From: Octopus vulgaris
Lineage: Eukaryota
NCBI GenBank assembly: GCA_951406725.2
Contig: OX597838.1
Span: 42,098,001-42,162,000 of the forward strand
Length of the DNA: 64,000 nucleotides
Direction: 5' to 3'
Positions 1 through 12,479 of the stretch are shown piece by piece. The notes beneath the pieces were generated by a model. The model ran no database searches. It was not told where the DNA came from and saw nothing but the letters and a program-made list of their open reading frames with translations. The first letter of the stretch is position 1; the number at the start of each line of letters is the position of its first letter. The position numbers were made by a program, and so were the translations under genes.

Positions 1-362
1 TCATCATCAGCATTCTTCTGATGTTTCCAAGCAAGGTGATATTTGCCCCATGGCCAGAAATGTTTTCATGAAAGACTGGGAACGAATCACACCACTCGTA
101 TGAGAGTGACACTTGTTTACGCAATGTCAAGACAGGGTCTCTCTCTCACACATACACACATGGTTTCTTTCAGTTTCCGTCTGCAACACAAGGCACTGGT
201 TGGCTTAGGAGCCATAGTACAAAACACTTGCCAAAGTGCCATGAAGTGGGATTGAACTTGAAACCATGTGGTTGCAAAGGGAATTTCTGATCCACACAGC
301 CAAGCCAGCACCTGATGAAATGACAAAATGAAAACACAAAAAATTACTAAAAAGATATTTAC

Positions 363-457
363 TTTTGTTCGTAGATCCATGTCTTGAGATCTGGGCAGTT
401 TTGTAAGAGTTCCTTGGTCCATCGTTTCATAACATTTCTTATATCATCAAACTTACG
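363..457 (-). CDS. TRMT2A: TRMT2A coding exon 7 (RKFDDIRNVMKRWTKELLQNCPDLKTWIYEQK)
   Basis: Acceptor ttgcag, donor gtaaat; 95 nt, phase 0 to 2. Confidence 0.85.
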
Positions 458-3400
458 CTGCAATCAAAGAAAAAAAAAAGACAACTGGAAAGATTATAGA
501 AACCATCATAAAACAATGTTTCTGAGTGAAAGCAAGTGGTTTTGTGGTCAGGGTGTTGCATTTGCAATCATTAGATCATGGTTTCAGTTCCTACACAGGG
601 CACTGTGGAGTGTTCTTGAGCAAAACACTTTTTTGTGTGTTGGTCCAGTCCACTCAGCTATAAATGAGCCACCCTGTCACACACCAGCGTACCATTCAAC
701 AGGACTAAATTGATTTTGGTCACTTTTATACGACAGAGATAGTAACGAGTCTGACAAGGCCTACAGCTCAAGACAGAACGACTCCACATCTTTGCCTTTA
801 ATAAAAGCACAAACACTGTTCCCTTCCCCTTTAAATATCATGTACAGAAAGGGCTAGGTTGACTTTTTTATTTTTTGACATAAACCAGTGTCCAACACAA
901 CAGGAATTGTTCAGTCAACCAATTAAAACTTCTCTAAAGAATTTTAATGTGAGCCAAGAATTACAGAAATTCAGTCACAGCAGGAAGACCATAACCTCCA
1001 TGCGATTGAGGCAAAGTAATAAAACATTGACATTTCTGTATAGCTTGGTTCAAATGAGAGAGACTCAACCCTCTTGTTACCATATTTCTGTTGAAATTCA
1101 TGGCATTCTGTTTCAGTTAATTTTGAAAATGATGAAGAATTTAAGTAATATAACTTTATTATTATTATTCAGCTGAAAGATTTCAATTGAGATCTCTTGA
1201 AAACACCAAGTTTGTGCCATAGAACCACCAAGAGCAGGGTCAGGTGCCCTAGTATCAAAAGGGTTAAACAATCACGAAACAGAAACAGAGAGTCCTGCTT
1301 CAATAAACAAAACAAAACAAAGGTAACCAACTGTTTTCTGCTCGAGTATACCTGAGCTAAGACCACTTTTGATTGGCCTCTCTTGTGGTGACACTTCATT
1401 CTCAAAGATAGACATTCCTATACAAAGATTTATGTTTTTCATTTGTTTTTTTTCTAAACGATGATCTGATCATTATTTAAATGTACCTTATCTAATAATA
1501 ATCCCATCATCATCATTTAGAAACCCTATACACTCCCCCATTTCAAATACACAGAGGTAGGTGCAGACATGGCTGTGTGGTAACGAATTCCACTCTGCAC
1601 AGAACCAGTTGGTTCCAAGTTCAATCTCAGTGTGTTCTATTCTCTTAACCCTACTGACATGACTGAGCCCAGAGGGGGAAATCATTAAAGGAAATCCTGT
1701 CATTACATTAATTAAGTAGGTTTCACTGGCGATACTAAATTTCTGTTGAAAGTTTGGATTTATAACTAGAATTTGAAGCTGGTTGTAGAGTAAGAACTAC
1801 TGTGGTTAGGGGCTGCAGTTGTGTTGGTCATGTATTTAGAAAAGACAGCAGTTAGAATAAACTGCACTTTTTTTTATAGGGTTTGGGTGATTGAGGGCAT
1901 TCAGAAAACATTCTTTACCTTTAGTTGTTCCTCATATGTTAAGTCATACAGTGGCATCACAGCTTTTCTGACTCTGAAATGATAATAAAAACAATGTGCC
2001 CTACAGATTGGTTTCATGGAGTAACCCTGCAAGTCGAATTTCTATGCAACGAGTCATGCCCCCTTTTAACACCAACCATTTCACTGAGTGGACCAGGTTC
2101 TCACTATGTGGTACTAGTATGAGTGAGGTTACCAAGACAAGATCCCGTAACTGAAGGGAGGGAGTTTTGAAGGAGGAGGCTTCACACCAGGTGATGAGTG
2201 GTTAGAGAATAAGAGGACAAGAACAGGTTGTATTGCTGTAGGGGAGATACACAGCTACCCCAGTTGGAAGAAGAGGAGGAGGATACATCAGGGTATACAC
2301 CCTCAAAATAGAGCCAAATTTACACTTTCATAAACTACCACAACCATCATCATCATCATTTTAATATCTACTTTTCCTTACTTTGCACGAGTCAGATGGA
2401 ATGCATTAAAGTAGATTTTCTTTGGCTGGATGCCCTAACCCTAACCCTAACCAAGCAAGGGACTACTTTCCTCAGTGTTGGACATCTTTTCAAGGAAGAC
2501 TGGCAACAAATGACACCCATTTACTACTATCATGCAATGTCAAAGCAACGAGACACAAACACACCCACTCAGACAAGAAGCTTCTTTCATTTTCCATCTA
2601 CCGAATCCACTCACAAAGCATTGGTTGGCCTGGAGCTATAATAGAAGACCGAATGTCATATCAAGTGCTTGGGAGGCAGATTTAACCACACGACCATGCT
2701 TGCATTTTCATATATACATATATATATATATGTATGTGTGAAAACTTGGTAATGTAATAATTTGTGGGTAGAAGGACTTAGAATTGCATTTTCAGGTGAT
2801 ATTTGTAACTTACCTTTCATCGGGGGTCGGTTCATCATTAGCATCCACCAAGTCTTCAGATTCCTTAAACTTCTTAGCACTAGGCTCATCATTGGTTAAT
2901 CCTGTAAAACCAACAGGGATAAGTTGAATCAAATTGAACGGAAGAGAAACACTTTCATAGCAGTTAATTCTAATCTTTTTAAAAGACTTTGCTGTGTGGT
3001 GAAGAAGTTTGCTTCAGAACCATGTGTTCCTAAGTTCAATCCCATTGTGTGGCATCTTGAAAGGATGAAAGACAAAGGTGACTTTGGGAAGATTTCGACT
3101 CAGAAAGAAAAGAGCCTAAAGAAATGTTGCTAAGCATTCTTCCAGAAGGGCCAAGGATTCTGTCAACTGAAAGCCTTGATGATGATGACAATGATGATCC
3201 TTTCTACTCTAGGCACAAGGCCTGAAATTATGAGGAGAGGGGCTAGTTGATTACATTAACCCCCAGTGCTTGACTGGTACTTATTGACCCAGGAATGTAA
3301 AGCCAGGAGAAAAGCTGCTCAGCACTTTGTCTGGCATGCCTTAATAATAATAATAATAATAATAATCATTATCATCATCGTTTAACGTCCGCTTTCCATG

Positions 3401-6400
3401 CTGGCATGGGTTGGACGGTTTGACTGAGGACTTGCGGCTCCAGTCTGATCTGGCAGAGTTTCTACAGCTGGATGCCCTTCCTAACGCCAACCATCATCAT
3501 CAGGAATTGCAATACACCATAATCATCCTTTATAGTCATCCAAGGGAAGCAATGAAAATATGAACAAACAATTCACAAATACAACAACAAACAAAATAAA
3601 AGTTTCCTTTAATTTCATTTAACCCATTAGCACTCAGATTACTCTTATTTATTTACATTGCCTCAAATCAGTCAATGATGTGATTGTGTATTCTTTGAAT
3701 GACATTGTAGGGTCGGTGTAAGAGGCCAGATCTGACCTGTACAATATTTGGGGCATTTATGGCCGGTTTCAATGGTAAAGAGTTAACGTCCCTTAAAAAG
3801 TTCTCTCTTATATTTCTGAACGAATAAGCCTTTACCACTAAATCATGCAATAACTTGATGCAAGCAAGAGCAATGGCATACGAGCAAAGCACAGCACACA
3901 AGTTCAATTCCTAACCAAGTAACAAGAAGAATCATACTTTGATGATAATAATGAAAAATTGAAGCAACTAAATTGGGAAACATTAGAACTTACCAAAAGA
4001 TTTTCGCTTTAAAACCAAAGGATCAGCAGTTGGATGGGATTTCTGAAAAAGGGAAAAAAAAAATGGTAATAGATAATGCTTTAAAGATGAAATATTTCTA
4101 TTTTCTATATACATAGCACCCCCCCCCTATCTCCTATTGTTCCTCTCAGTAGAGCAGAGTTGTTTAGTCGAGAGAGTAACAAGGTGATGTCACTGAACAA
4201 GGTGGTGTCATGAAGGCAAAAAAGAAAAACCATCCAGTACCATCATCATCATCGTTTAACGTCCGCTTTCCATGCTGGCATGGGTTGGACGATTTTGACT
4301 GAGGGCTGGCGAACCAGATGGCTGCACCAGGCTCCAATCTTGATTTGGCAGAGTTTTACCATCAATCTTCAATTAACAGCTTCCTTCCATGCTGGCAAGG
4401 GTTGCATGGTTTGGCAAGATCAGGCAAGTCAGAAGACAGTGCTGTCTGCTTTGGCATGATTTCTATGGCTGGATGCCCTTCCTAAAACCAACCACTTTAC
4501 ATTGTGCACTGGGTGCCTTTTACGTGGCACCAGAACAAAAGTGTCATCAAGTAACTTGCAAGACAAACACCCCACCACCAACCAGAAGCGGGTATTGATG
4601 GAGTTGGTTTTGTGCCGGTTGATGAGAGATATGTCAGGATACCCCAACAAGATACAGGGGGGTGGGGTGTCCCCCTCTAACCCATTGGATTCTGTTCAAC
4701 CCACAACCCATGCCAGCATGGAAAGTGGATCAAAAGTAATGATGATGATGATGACATACATGTATAATACAAACAAACACATCTACTTAACCGTGATGAA
4801 AGGAGGAGTGTAAAATTTTAACTTCCAAAGATCAAGAGAAAACATGGAAAAGCCGAAGTTAAAACAATGATGAGAGAAGGCAATTCATAATTTACTTTAG
4901 ACACCAAGAAACAAGACGTCTGATAAAGAGACCCTAACAAGGCTAACGACAGTGCATTACAAGAGACATCAAGCGTATAAGTAAACTTCCTCTATTGAAT
5001 TTGCTAGGCCTGCTTTATTTAACGGAGAATGAGGATGATTGAAGTGGATACCCAGACAAAAGATGAATGGTTTGTCACAAGCACTTAATTCTTATTTCCT
5101 TATTGCCCACAAGGGGCTAAACATAGAGGAGACAAACAAGGATGGACAAATGGATTAAGTCAATTACATGGACCCCAGTGCATCACTGGTACTTAATTTA
5201 TCGACCCCGAAAAGATGAAAGGCAAAGTCAACATCGGCAGAATTTGAACTCAGAATGTAACGACAGACAAAATACCGCTAAGCATTTCGCCCAGCGTGCT
5301 AACGATTCTGCCAGCTTGCCACCTAGCACTTAATTTTGTCACCACAAAACCAAACATTTGATTTTCAATGGCCAAATGTCTCTAATTCTCAAAACAAGTG
5401 AACCAACCTTAGCAGTGACATCATGTCCTTTCCATTGGAATCGATTCAAAATGTTCAAAGCTTTCTCACGTGCTTCTTCATCCCTATAAATAGAGAAAAA
5501 CAAAAAGAACAAAAGTATGAACTGCAGCATATTCATAAATGGAATCGTCCATTTTAACCTTGTGTCATTCTTATTTCTGAACCTTCACCTTCTTAAAGGT
5601 ACCCTTCCCAATAAACTTCCTTGTTTTACCTTAGCACTGGCAATTCACAAGACATTTTTTTCTTTTTATATCAGCCCATTTGTCTTTCTTGTCAACCTGT
5701 TTTTGCCAGGCCCCTTTTGCAGTTCATTACTTGTCAATCTTAGACATAAATCAACACTAAACACTTACTAGAGCACATCCAACACACCCTTTCCTCTTCT
5801 CATACCAAGTCACATCATTACTCCCACAGTTTTACCCATTCCACGAAGAGAGAGAAAACTATTACGGCCAATACGGTTCCATGAATTTTAGTTCATACTT
5901 TACTTATTCATACACTTTGACTATTAACTACTTCTAACAATTACATCAACTGTACTGGCCGCTTCCTTCATCCTTTCACTTCTCATCTCCTTGCATAAAA
6001 CTACCTTCCTCAAGCCCCACTAAACTGAAAGGGATTTTAGTCTCTTACATGGTGACCCTACTAATACTGATGCCATAAAAAAAACAACCAGCCCTTTCTG
6101 TAAAATGGTTGGCATAAGGAACAGCATCAAACCATAGAAATCATACCAAAGCAAGCACTGGAAGTCAATGCAGTGCTTCGGCCGTTTGGAAACTGTTAAA
6201 TGGTTCAACCCATTGCAGCAGAGAAGATGGATGTTTACAAGATAAAGACGATGACACAATCGTTATTTCTGTTAACGCTTCTGGTACTAACCCACCCACC
6301 TGCTTTAAAGTGATCCATATTACAATTTTTCATTAAAAATTTCATGTTAACTTGTTCCAAACACCAGCTTAATAACGAAAAAAAATCCTTTTATCAAACT

Positions 6401-9400
6401 TTTGACAACTGGTGCTGGTTTGTTTACATCCCCTAATGTAGCAGTTTGGCAAAAGAGATTGTTAGAAAAACTATCAGCCTTAAAAAAAATAAGGTTGATT
6501 TGTTGGATTAAACTCTTCAAGACTGTGCTCCAGTATGGCCAGTATAATGACTGAAACAAGGAAAACACAAAAACTTAACATAAACACACACACACACACC
6601 ATGGCGAGAGAGGTGGGGGTTGAGGTAAGGTAACAGGACATAAATTAAGATGCAAACGAGAAATGAAAGGAGATGAAAAACAAGAGAGAAAACATCTTTA
6701 CCTGAACGTGACGAAAGCAAAACCTTTGTGTGGGAAACCTTTCACTTTGATTGGGTTCAGGTCAAGGTTGACCAGCTTCCTTTTCAGTTCCTGGGGAGAA
6801 AAAAAAAAAAAAAAGAAAACAGAAAAAAATAAACAATACAGATAAATAGAAATTGAAAATGTTCATTGTTTAACGGACTTTACACTCACACACCACCACC
6901 ACCATCACTGTTTTAAAGAAACCCACTTTTCCCAGCTTGTATAGGATCAGGTGGAATTTGCTGAGGTATATTCTCCATGACCAGATGCTCTTCATGTCTG
7001 GATATGTTTCCAAGGAAGAGGAGAAATAAATAACATTGCTCTTGTGAAACTCATTTACGTTTATTATTTAATCAAAGCAAGGACACACACACACATACAT
7101 GTGCCTGGCTCCTCTGATGAAGATATTGTGACTTTGCTATGTCAATCTACCAAAATTTGTATTCGTTGACATGTTGCCTTTGTTTATGTATATATATATA
7201 TATATATACCTACAATACTAACTTAATATTAGACTTCCTTGCATAATATACATGGTTATATCAACCAGTCATCGATTATCCAAAACAGCTGTAAAGATAG
7301 GACTTGTATGCACCTCTTCCTATAAATACATTCTTCACTGCCTTTCTACTTGTATATATACTGTATGTGTGTATGTATGTATATATCTATCTATCTAGCC
7401 ATCACCACCACCATCATCCAAAGCCCATATTCCATGCTGGCAAAGATTGAATGGTGTGACCGGATTTGATGGATCCAAGAACTGCATCATGGTTGAGTGT
7501 CTGCTTTGGCAAGATTTCTGCAGCTGGATGCCCTTCCTAATGTCAACCATTCTACAGAGTGTACCGGATGCTTTTCTCATACCATCAGCATTATATATGC
7601 ATGCATGTAGTACATGGGATTCCTTCATTCCCCATGTACCAATTCCATTCACAAGGCTATAATAGGAGAGACTTGTCTCAGATGCCACATGGTGGCATTG
7701 AACCTAAAACCATGCAGCTGGGAAACAAGCTTCTTAACCACACAGCCACCTTATCCCTATCCTTGCCTGCACATAATTAAGCAGAGATAATTGCAAGTAA
7801 CCTAAAAAAAAAACCTCATCAAAGAAGTATGTAGTCTAGGAACACCAAATAAGGACAAGTAATTAGGTGCAGAGATAATTGCTTGTAGACTCAAAAAGCA
7901 GTTTGCAAACAGTAGAGAGAAACGGTAAGGTAAAGAAAATGGATTGGACTAACGAGATCAAATTATTATTGCCAGTAACGACTAGATTTTAGACCACACA
8001 AATATAGACTCATAAAAAGATGGCAAGAGATACATTGTTATGGAAACATGCCTGGTCCATGCAAGGGGAAATGGTTACATCGATGATGATGATGATGACG
8101 ATGGTGATGACGGCGGCAGTGGTGACTGATTGCATACAAAGCAGTTGCACATCTTAATTAAGACCAGCAAAAATCTTAGCAAGAAAGAGAAAATACAGAT
8201 TTATATCTTTTATTTGTTTCAACTCATTGGACTGTGGCCATGCTGGGGCTTTACCTTCAAAGACTTTAATCAAACAAATTGACCCCCATTACAGTCTGGT
8301 ACTTGTTATGGGGATACAAACAAACCAATACTGGTTGTCAAGACGTGGACGGGTGGTGGCGGAACAGACATACACACAGTGGGCTTCCACACAGTTTCTG
8401 CCGATCAAATTTATTCACAAGGCATTGGTGAGCCCAAGGCTATATAGTAGAAGACATTTGCCTGAGGTGCCATGCAGTAGAATTGAACCCAAGACCACAC
8501 AGAGACGCCAGAAAAGCAAGCTCCTCTTAGCAAATAAAAAAGGCATTTTACATTTATTCTATGAAATCCCGTCCCTTAGGGCTCAGCAAGAGTGTGTCTT
8601 CCTTAAAAGCCACCAGACTTCCCAGCCCCACATGAGACCCCTTTCAGCACTCAAACGCAACAACAACAGTGCTTTAACTCTTTTGTTGTTACCATATTTC
8701 TCTTGAACTACTTTGCTTCTGCTTTCAATTAATTCTGAAAATAACGACAAACTTAAGAAAATATATTTGTCATTATTAAGACAGTGTTTGCAACAAATTA
8801 ACACAATTAATTTAAATCACTTTGAAACAAGAAGCTTGCATCATTAAAACCAGCAGAGGTAGTCTTAGGCAAGTTGGTATTAAAAGGGTTAATTACGAGA
8901 AAAGGAGAGAAAAAATTAACAGGTGCAAATGTGACTGTGTGGTAAGAAGCTTGCTTCCCAACCACATGGTTCTAGGTTCAGTCCCACAAAGTGGCACCTT
9001 AGGCAAGTGTCTTCTTTAACCTCAGGCTGACCTAAGCCTTGTGAGTGTATTTGGTACATGGAAACTAAAAGAAGTTCATCATATATATATATGTGGATGT
9101 ATGTATGTGTCTGTGCCCTAACCACGACCACCACCACTTGACAACTGGTGTTGGTGTGTTTATGTCGCCATAACTTAGCAGTTCACCAATAGAAACTGAT
9201 AAAATCAGTACCAGGCTTAAAAACGAAAAACCCCAAAAACTTCATCCAACTAAAAACTCTTCAGGGCGGTGCTCCATCATGGCCACGGTCTAATGATTGA
9301 AGCAAAATAGAAAGGAGAGGATAAAGGAAAACCTGACTCACAGAGAAACCAAACCTTGGTAAGTTTTGTATTTCTATCTTGAAAATCTCAGAAGTGAACT

Positions 9401-9716
9401 CATCTCTTTTGATGTAGGAATATTCATCCTGAATCACAGAAGTCTTCTTAGAATTTACATGTTGGTCACATTTGGAACTTTCTGTAGGTTTTGACTCTTC
9501 ATCTGTCATTGGAACATCAGGGGATATTGTACATTCTGCAACCGTGGAGTCTTCATTGTCTGCTAATTTTTCTTCACATGCAACCAATTCGTTACCATTT
9601 TTGATAAGTTCCACACCAGTTTCAGTTGTTAAAGAACCGTCATGGCTATTTCCCACTGAACTTCCAGCACTACCAATGGCATCGTTATTGGCTTCTTTTT
9701 CTGCACTCACTTCCAT
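363..9716 (-). CDS. TRMT2A: tRNA (uracil-5-)-methyltransferase homolog A, 5' part (spliced; continues beyond the window's left edge)
   Basis: join(9342-9716,6702-6790,5408-5483,3994-4042,2814-2901,1919-1973,363-457). All introns are GT-AG and phases are consistent. Translation contains YIKRDEFTSEIFKIEIQNLP, an RRM with KGFAFVTFR, ADPL, VMPLYDLTYEEQLKRK and WIYEQK, which are recognisable TRMT2A motifs. Confidence 0.92.
1069..1263. mobile_element. piggyBac-type MITE
   Basis: TIRs CCCTCTTGTTAC / GTATCAAAAGGG, flanked by tcaa and ttaa. Related copies at 8678-8888, ~6270-6400, ~24715-26380, ~33690-33840, ~38470-38620 and ~48270-48465. Confidence 0.6.
1919..1973 (-). CDS. TRMT2A: TRMT2A coding exon 6 (VRKAVMPLYDLTYEEQLK)
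   Basis: Acceptor tttcag, donor gtaaag; 55 nt; matches the conserved V-x-PL...Y-x-EQL motif. Confidence 0.9.
2814..2901 (-). CDS. TRMT2A: TRMT2A coding exon 5 (LTNDEPSAKKFKESEDLVDANDEPTPDER)
   Basis: Acceptor ttacag, donor gtaagt; 88 nt; its phases bridge the neighbouring exons exactly. Confidence 0.85.
3994..4042 (-). CDS. TRMT2A: TRMT2A coding exon 4 (KSHPTADPLVLKRKSF)
   Basis: Acceptor tttcag, donor gtaagt; 49 nt; ADP motif following the RRM. Confidence 0.87.
5090..5324 (-). mobile_element. tRNA-derived SINE (family A)
   Basis: Head GGCAAGCTGGCAGAATCGTTAGC...GAGTTCAAATTC with a B-box, and core CTTTCATC-TTTCGGGGTCGATAAATTAAGTACCAG. A near-identical copy is at 59270-59506 and many decayed copies occur elsewhere. 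Confidence 0.8.
5408..5483 (-). CDS. TRMT2A: TRMT2A coding exon 3 (DEEAREKALNILNRFQWKGHDVTAK)
   Basis: Acceptor ttatag, donor gttggt; 76 nt; C-terminal half of the RRM. Confidence 0.9.
6702..6790 (-). CDS. TRMT2A: TRMT2A coding exon 2 (ELKRKLVNLDLNPIKVKGFPHKGFAFVTFR)
   Basis: Acceptor ccccag after poly-T, donor gtaaag; 89 nt; RNP1 motif KGFAFVTF. Confidence 0.92.
8678..8888. mobile_element. piggyBac-type MITE
   Basis: TTAA on both sides; termini CTCTTTTG / AAAAGGG; homologous to 1069-1263. Confidence 0.6.
8921..9310 (+). mobile_element. tRNA-derived SINE (family B), near full-length
   Basis: GTGTGGTAAGAAGCTTGCTTCCCAACCACATGGTT..GGTTCAGTCCCAC head, internal (TA/TG)n, and tail GGCGGTGCTCCA.CATGGCC. 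Many fragments occur across the window. Confidence 0.75.
9342..9716 (-). CDS. TRMT2A: TRMT2A first coding exon (acidic N-terminus plus start of RRM)
   Basis: ATG at 9716 with an upstream in-frame TAA at 9762-9764. The exon's acceptor (ttttag) places its start at 9782, so it also carries 5'UTR. Donor gtgagt at 9341. Confidence 0.9.
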
Positions 9717-10404
9717 CGTGTCATCAATATTCAGATCACAGCCTGACTTTTTGGTCTCTTTTTAGTAATTTCGTTTTTGATTCTAAAAAGAAAGAAAAAA
9801 AAAACTAAAGGTAAACAAAATAACAAAACATTGAGAGAAAAACATAAAAGTTAGGCACAATCATGGCTGTGTGGTTAAGAAGTTTGCTTTCCAACCACAT
9901 GGTTCCGGGTTCAGTCCCATCATGTGGCATCTTAGGTAAAGTTACAAATGTATAAATCCAAGAATAAGACACTGTCTTTATTTACGAGGAGACGGACATT
10001 AATATTTTTGAACTGAGTCACCAATTGTCTGTCTGTGTTAGGAAACTGAGGAAGCCCACAGCATCTACATATACGAGTGGGGTTGTTGTTTGTCCCCACT
10101 CCTTGATAACCGAGGAGAGTTTCTTTACAGCCGCAAAATCCAATGGCTTTGGGCAAAGAGACCAACAGAAGTTACCAGACTTTAGAAATCAGCGAATGGG
10201 GTTAATCTGTTCAACCAAACCGTTGTCTGAGTTGAATCTCAATTTTCCCTTTCACTTCTTCAAAGGAGGTTCAAACACACGCACCCACATATTGATGGCC
10301 GTGCTTGTTTGTTTATTCTGCTCACACATGAACATGCTCATTGGAGAACTATGGGCATATATTTATGCACAAACACACACAGATAGATAGACCGATCGAT
10401 CGAT

Positions 10405-12458
10405 ACCTCAATGACAGAAGACAATGATGTTCTCATCGAGGCAGGGAACTTCAATGACCATGTTGGAAAACATGGTTTTCATGGCATGGCTACAGATTTT
10501 GTTCTAGAAATGAGGCGGGAACAAAGATGCTGGAGTTCTGTGATGCAAGTGATTTAATGGTTTGCAACACTCAACTTCAGGAAACCTGCCAGCCACCTAA
10601 TCCTTTCTCAGTCTGGTGGGCACACTAGCCAGATAAACTACATCCTCATCAGGACAGGCGTATGCTCGTGAATGTAAAGTCTCTCCCATGTGAAGAATGT
10701 ACAACTCAGCATAGGTTAGGGGTTAGCGACTTTGGACTTACGGGTAGAAGGAGGCCGAGACACAAACCAATATAGAAAAGGAGGTTATGGAAGCTCAAGG
10801 ATCCTTCGAAAAGGCAGAGATTTAGAGATGTCCTTGATGAAGCTTTTGATGAGAAGGAGGTAAGGATGGAGACATATGACATAGAGGACAACTGGAAGTT
10901 CTTGTGGGACAATCAAATGGGGGCAACTAAGCATATCTGCGGTTGGAGCAAAGCTTTCTCCAGACCAAGGGTGACATGGTGGTGGGACAGTGAGGTCAAT
11001 AGGACTATAAAAGAGAAGAGATGGGCTTGGAAAAAGTGGAAGGGTTGGGGAAGCAAAGAACCATATCATATGAGATAGCTAAAAGAGAAGCTAGGTGTCA
11101 GGTATATCTAACAAGGGCAGCAGCCAAAAGGAAGAGGTTTGCCAATGTCTTACAGCACGAAGATCAGAGACTCGAGGAATCAAGATGGTGTGAAAGAGAG
11201 AAGTGTGTACGGACAGATAATGGTACGGTTGCTCTTAGCGATCCTGAAAAGAAAGAAACCTGGAAGAGATACTATGAAAGACTTAAATGTAGAAAATGAA
11301 TGGGAGAAAGAGAGTCTTGTGCATGTGAACCCAACAGAGGGACCAGCTATCCTAGTAGACAGCAGCATGATAGATGAGACAAAGATATGAAAACAGGGAA
11401 GGCCCCTTGTCTATCAGGTGTCACTGCTGAGATGATTAAGATATCTGGTAGAGTTGGATAGTCACTCAGATTATTCAGGGAGAGTCCCTAGTGACTGATG
11501 CAGAAGCATCATAATCAGCTGCCACAAGGGCAAGGGAGATGCCTTGGCTAGAATTATAGGGGCATCAAATTGCTGGACCAGGAGATGAAAGTTACAGAGA
11601 GAGTTATGGCCCAATTAATTAGGATGAGAATTAGACTAGATGGCTTTTTCCACAGAAAGAAGCATCACGGATATTATTTTCATAGTCAGACGACTGCAAG
11701 AAAAGTATTTAGCTAAGAACAAGCTGTTGTACTTGGCATTTGTTCATCTAGAGAAAGCCTTCAACAGAGTGCCTTGGTCTGTGATATGGTGGTCACTGAG
11801 GAAGCTAGGGATAGACGAATGGCTTCTGAAAGTAGAACAGGAAATGTATGGAGGTTCTATTAGTAAGATAGAGTTAACAGCCATGAGTACAGTGATGAAT
11901 ATAGCATATATGTAGGCATTCACCAAAGCTCAGTCCTCAGCCCCCTCCTATTCATCATTATCCTCCAGGCTATAACAGAGAAATTTAAGACTGGAGCTCC
12001 ACGGGAACAACTATATGCTGATGATCACAGCAGAATCTGTAATAGAATTAGAAAAGAAATTCTAGATGTGGAAAAGGAAGCTGCAATGAAAGAGTCTTAA
12101 AGTAAACTTAGCGAAAACCAAGGACCCTTCACCCATCAGGTAAATGGCTCTGCTTGACATGTAGGAAGGGTGTCAGCAGGAATTCCATTTGGTGTACCCA
12201 GTGCAAGCTATGGATACACAAGAGGTGCAGTGGAATAAGAATAAGATGGAGAAAGTTCAGAGAGCTTTGACCTCTGTTGGCAACCAAAGGTCTCTCTCTG
12301 AGTGAAAGGAAGATTGTATGATGCACATGTATGGACAGCAATGCTACATGGTAGTGAGATGTGGGCCCTGAAAACAGAGAATATACGAAGACTAGAGAGG
12401 AGCACAGCTGCAATGCTCTGCTGGGTGTGCAATGTCAGTGTGCATGAGTGACAAATGT
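10405..12458 (+). mobile_element. Decayed RTE-clade LINE (APE endonuclease end plus RT)
   Basis: Frameshifted motifs AGNFNDHVG, GTKMLEFC, TWWWDSEV, YRGIKLLD, TDIIFIVRRLQEKY, LAFVHLEKAFNRVP and LYADD. Confidence 0.9.
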
Positions 12459-12479
12459 ACAGGTGCAGTTTGCATGTCA

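Noticed and set aside
5090-5324. tRNA-like A/B boxes here and in other SINE heads
   Set aside because: They are SINE heads with no complete cloverleaf; no tRNA gene called.
7105-7165. CTGATGA motif resembling a second Penelope hammerhead
   Set aside because: No intact GAAA or convincing stems; too decayed to call.
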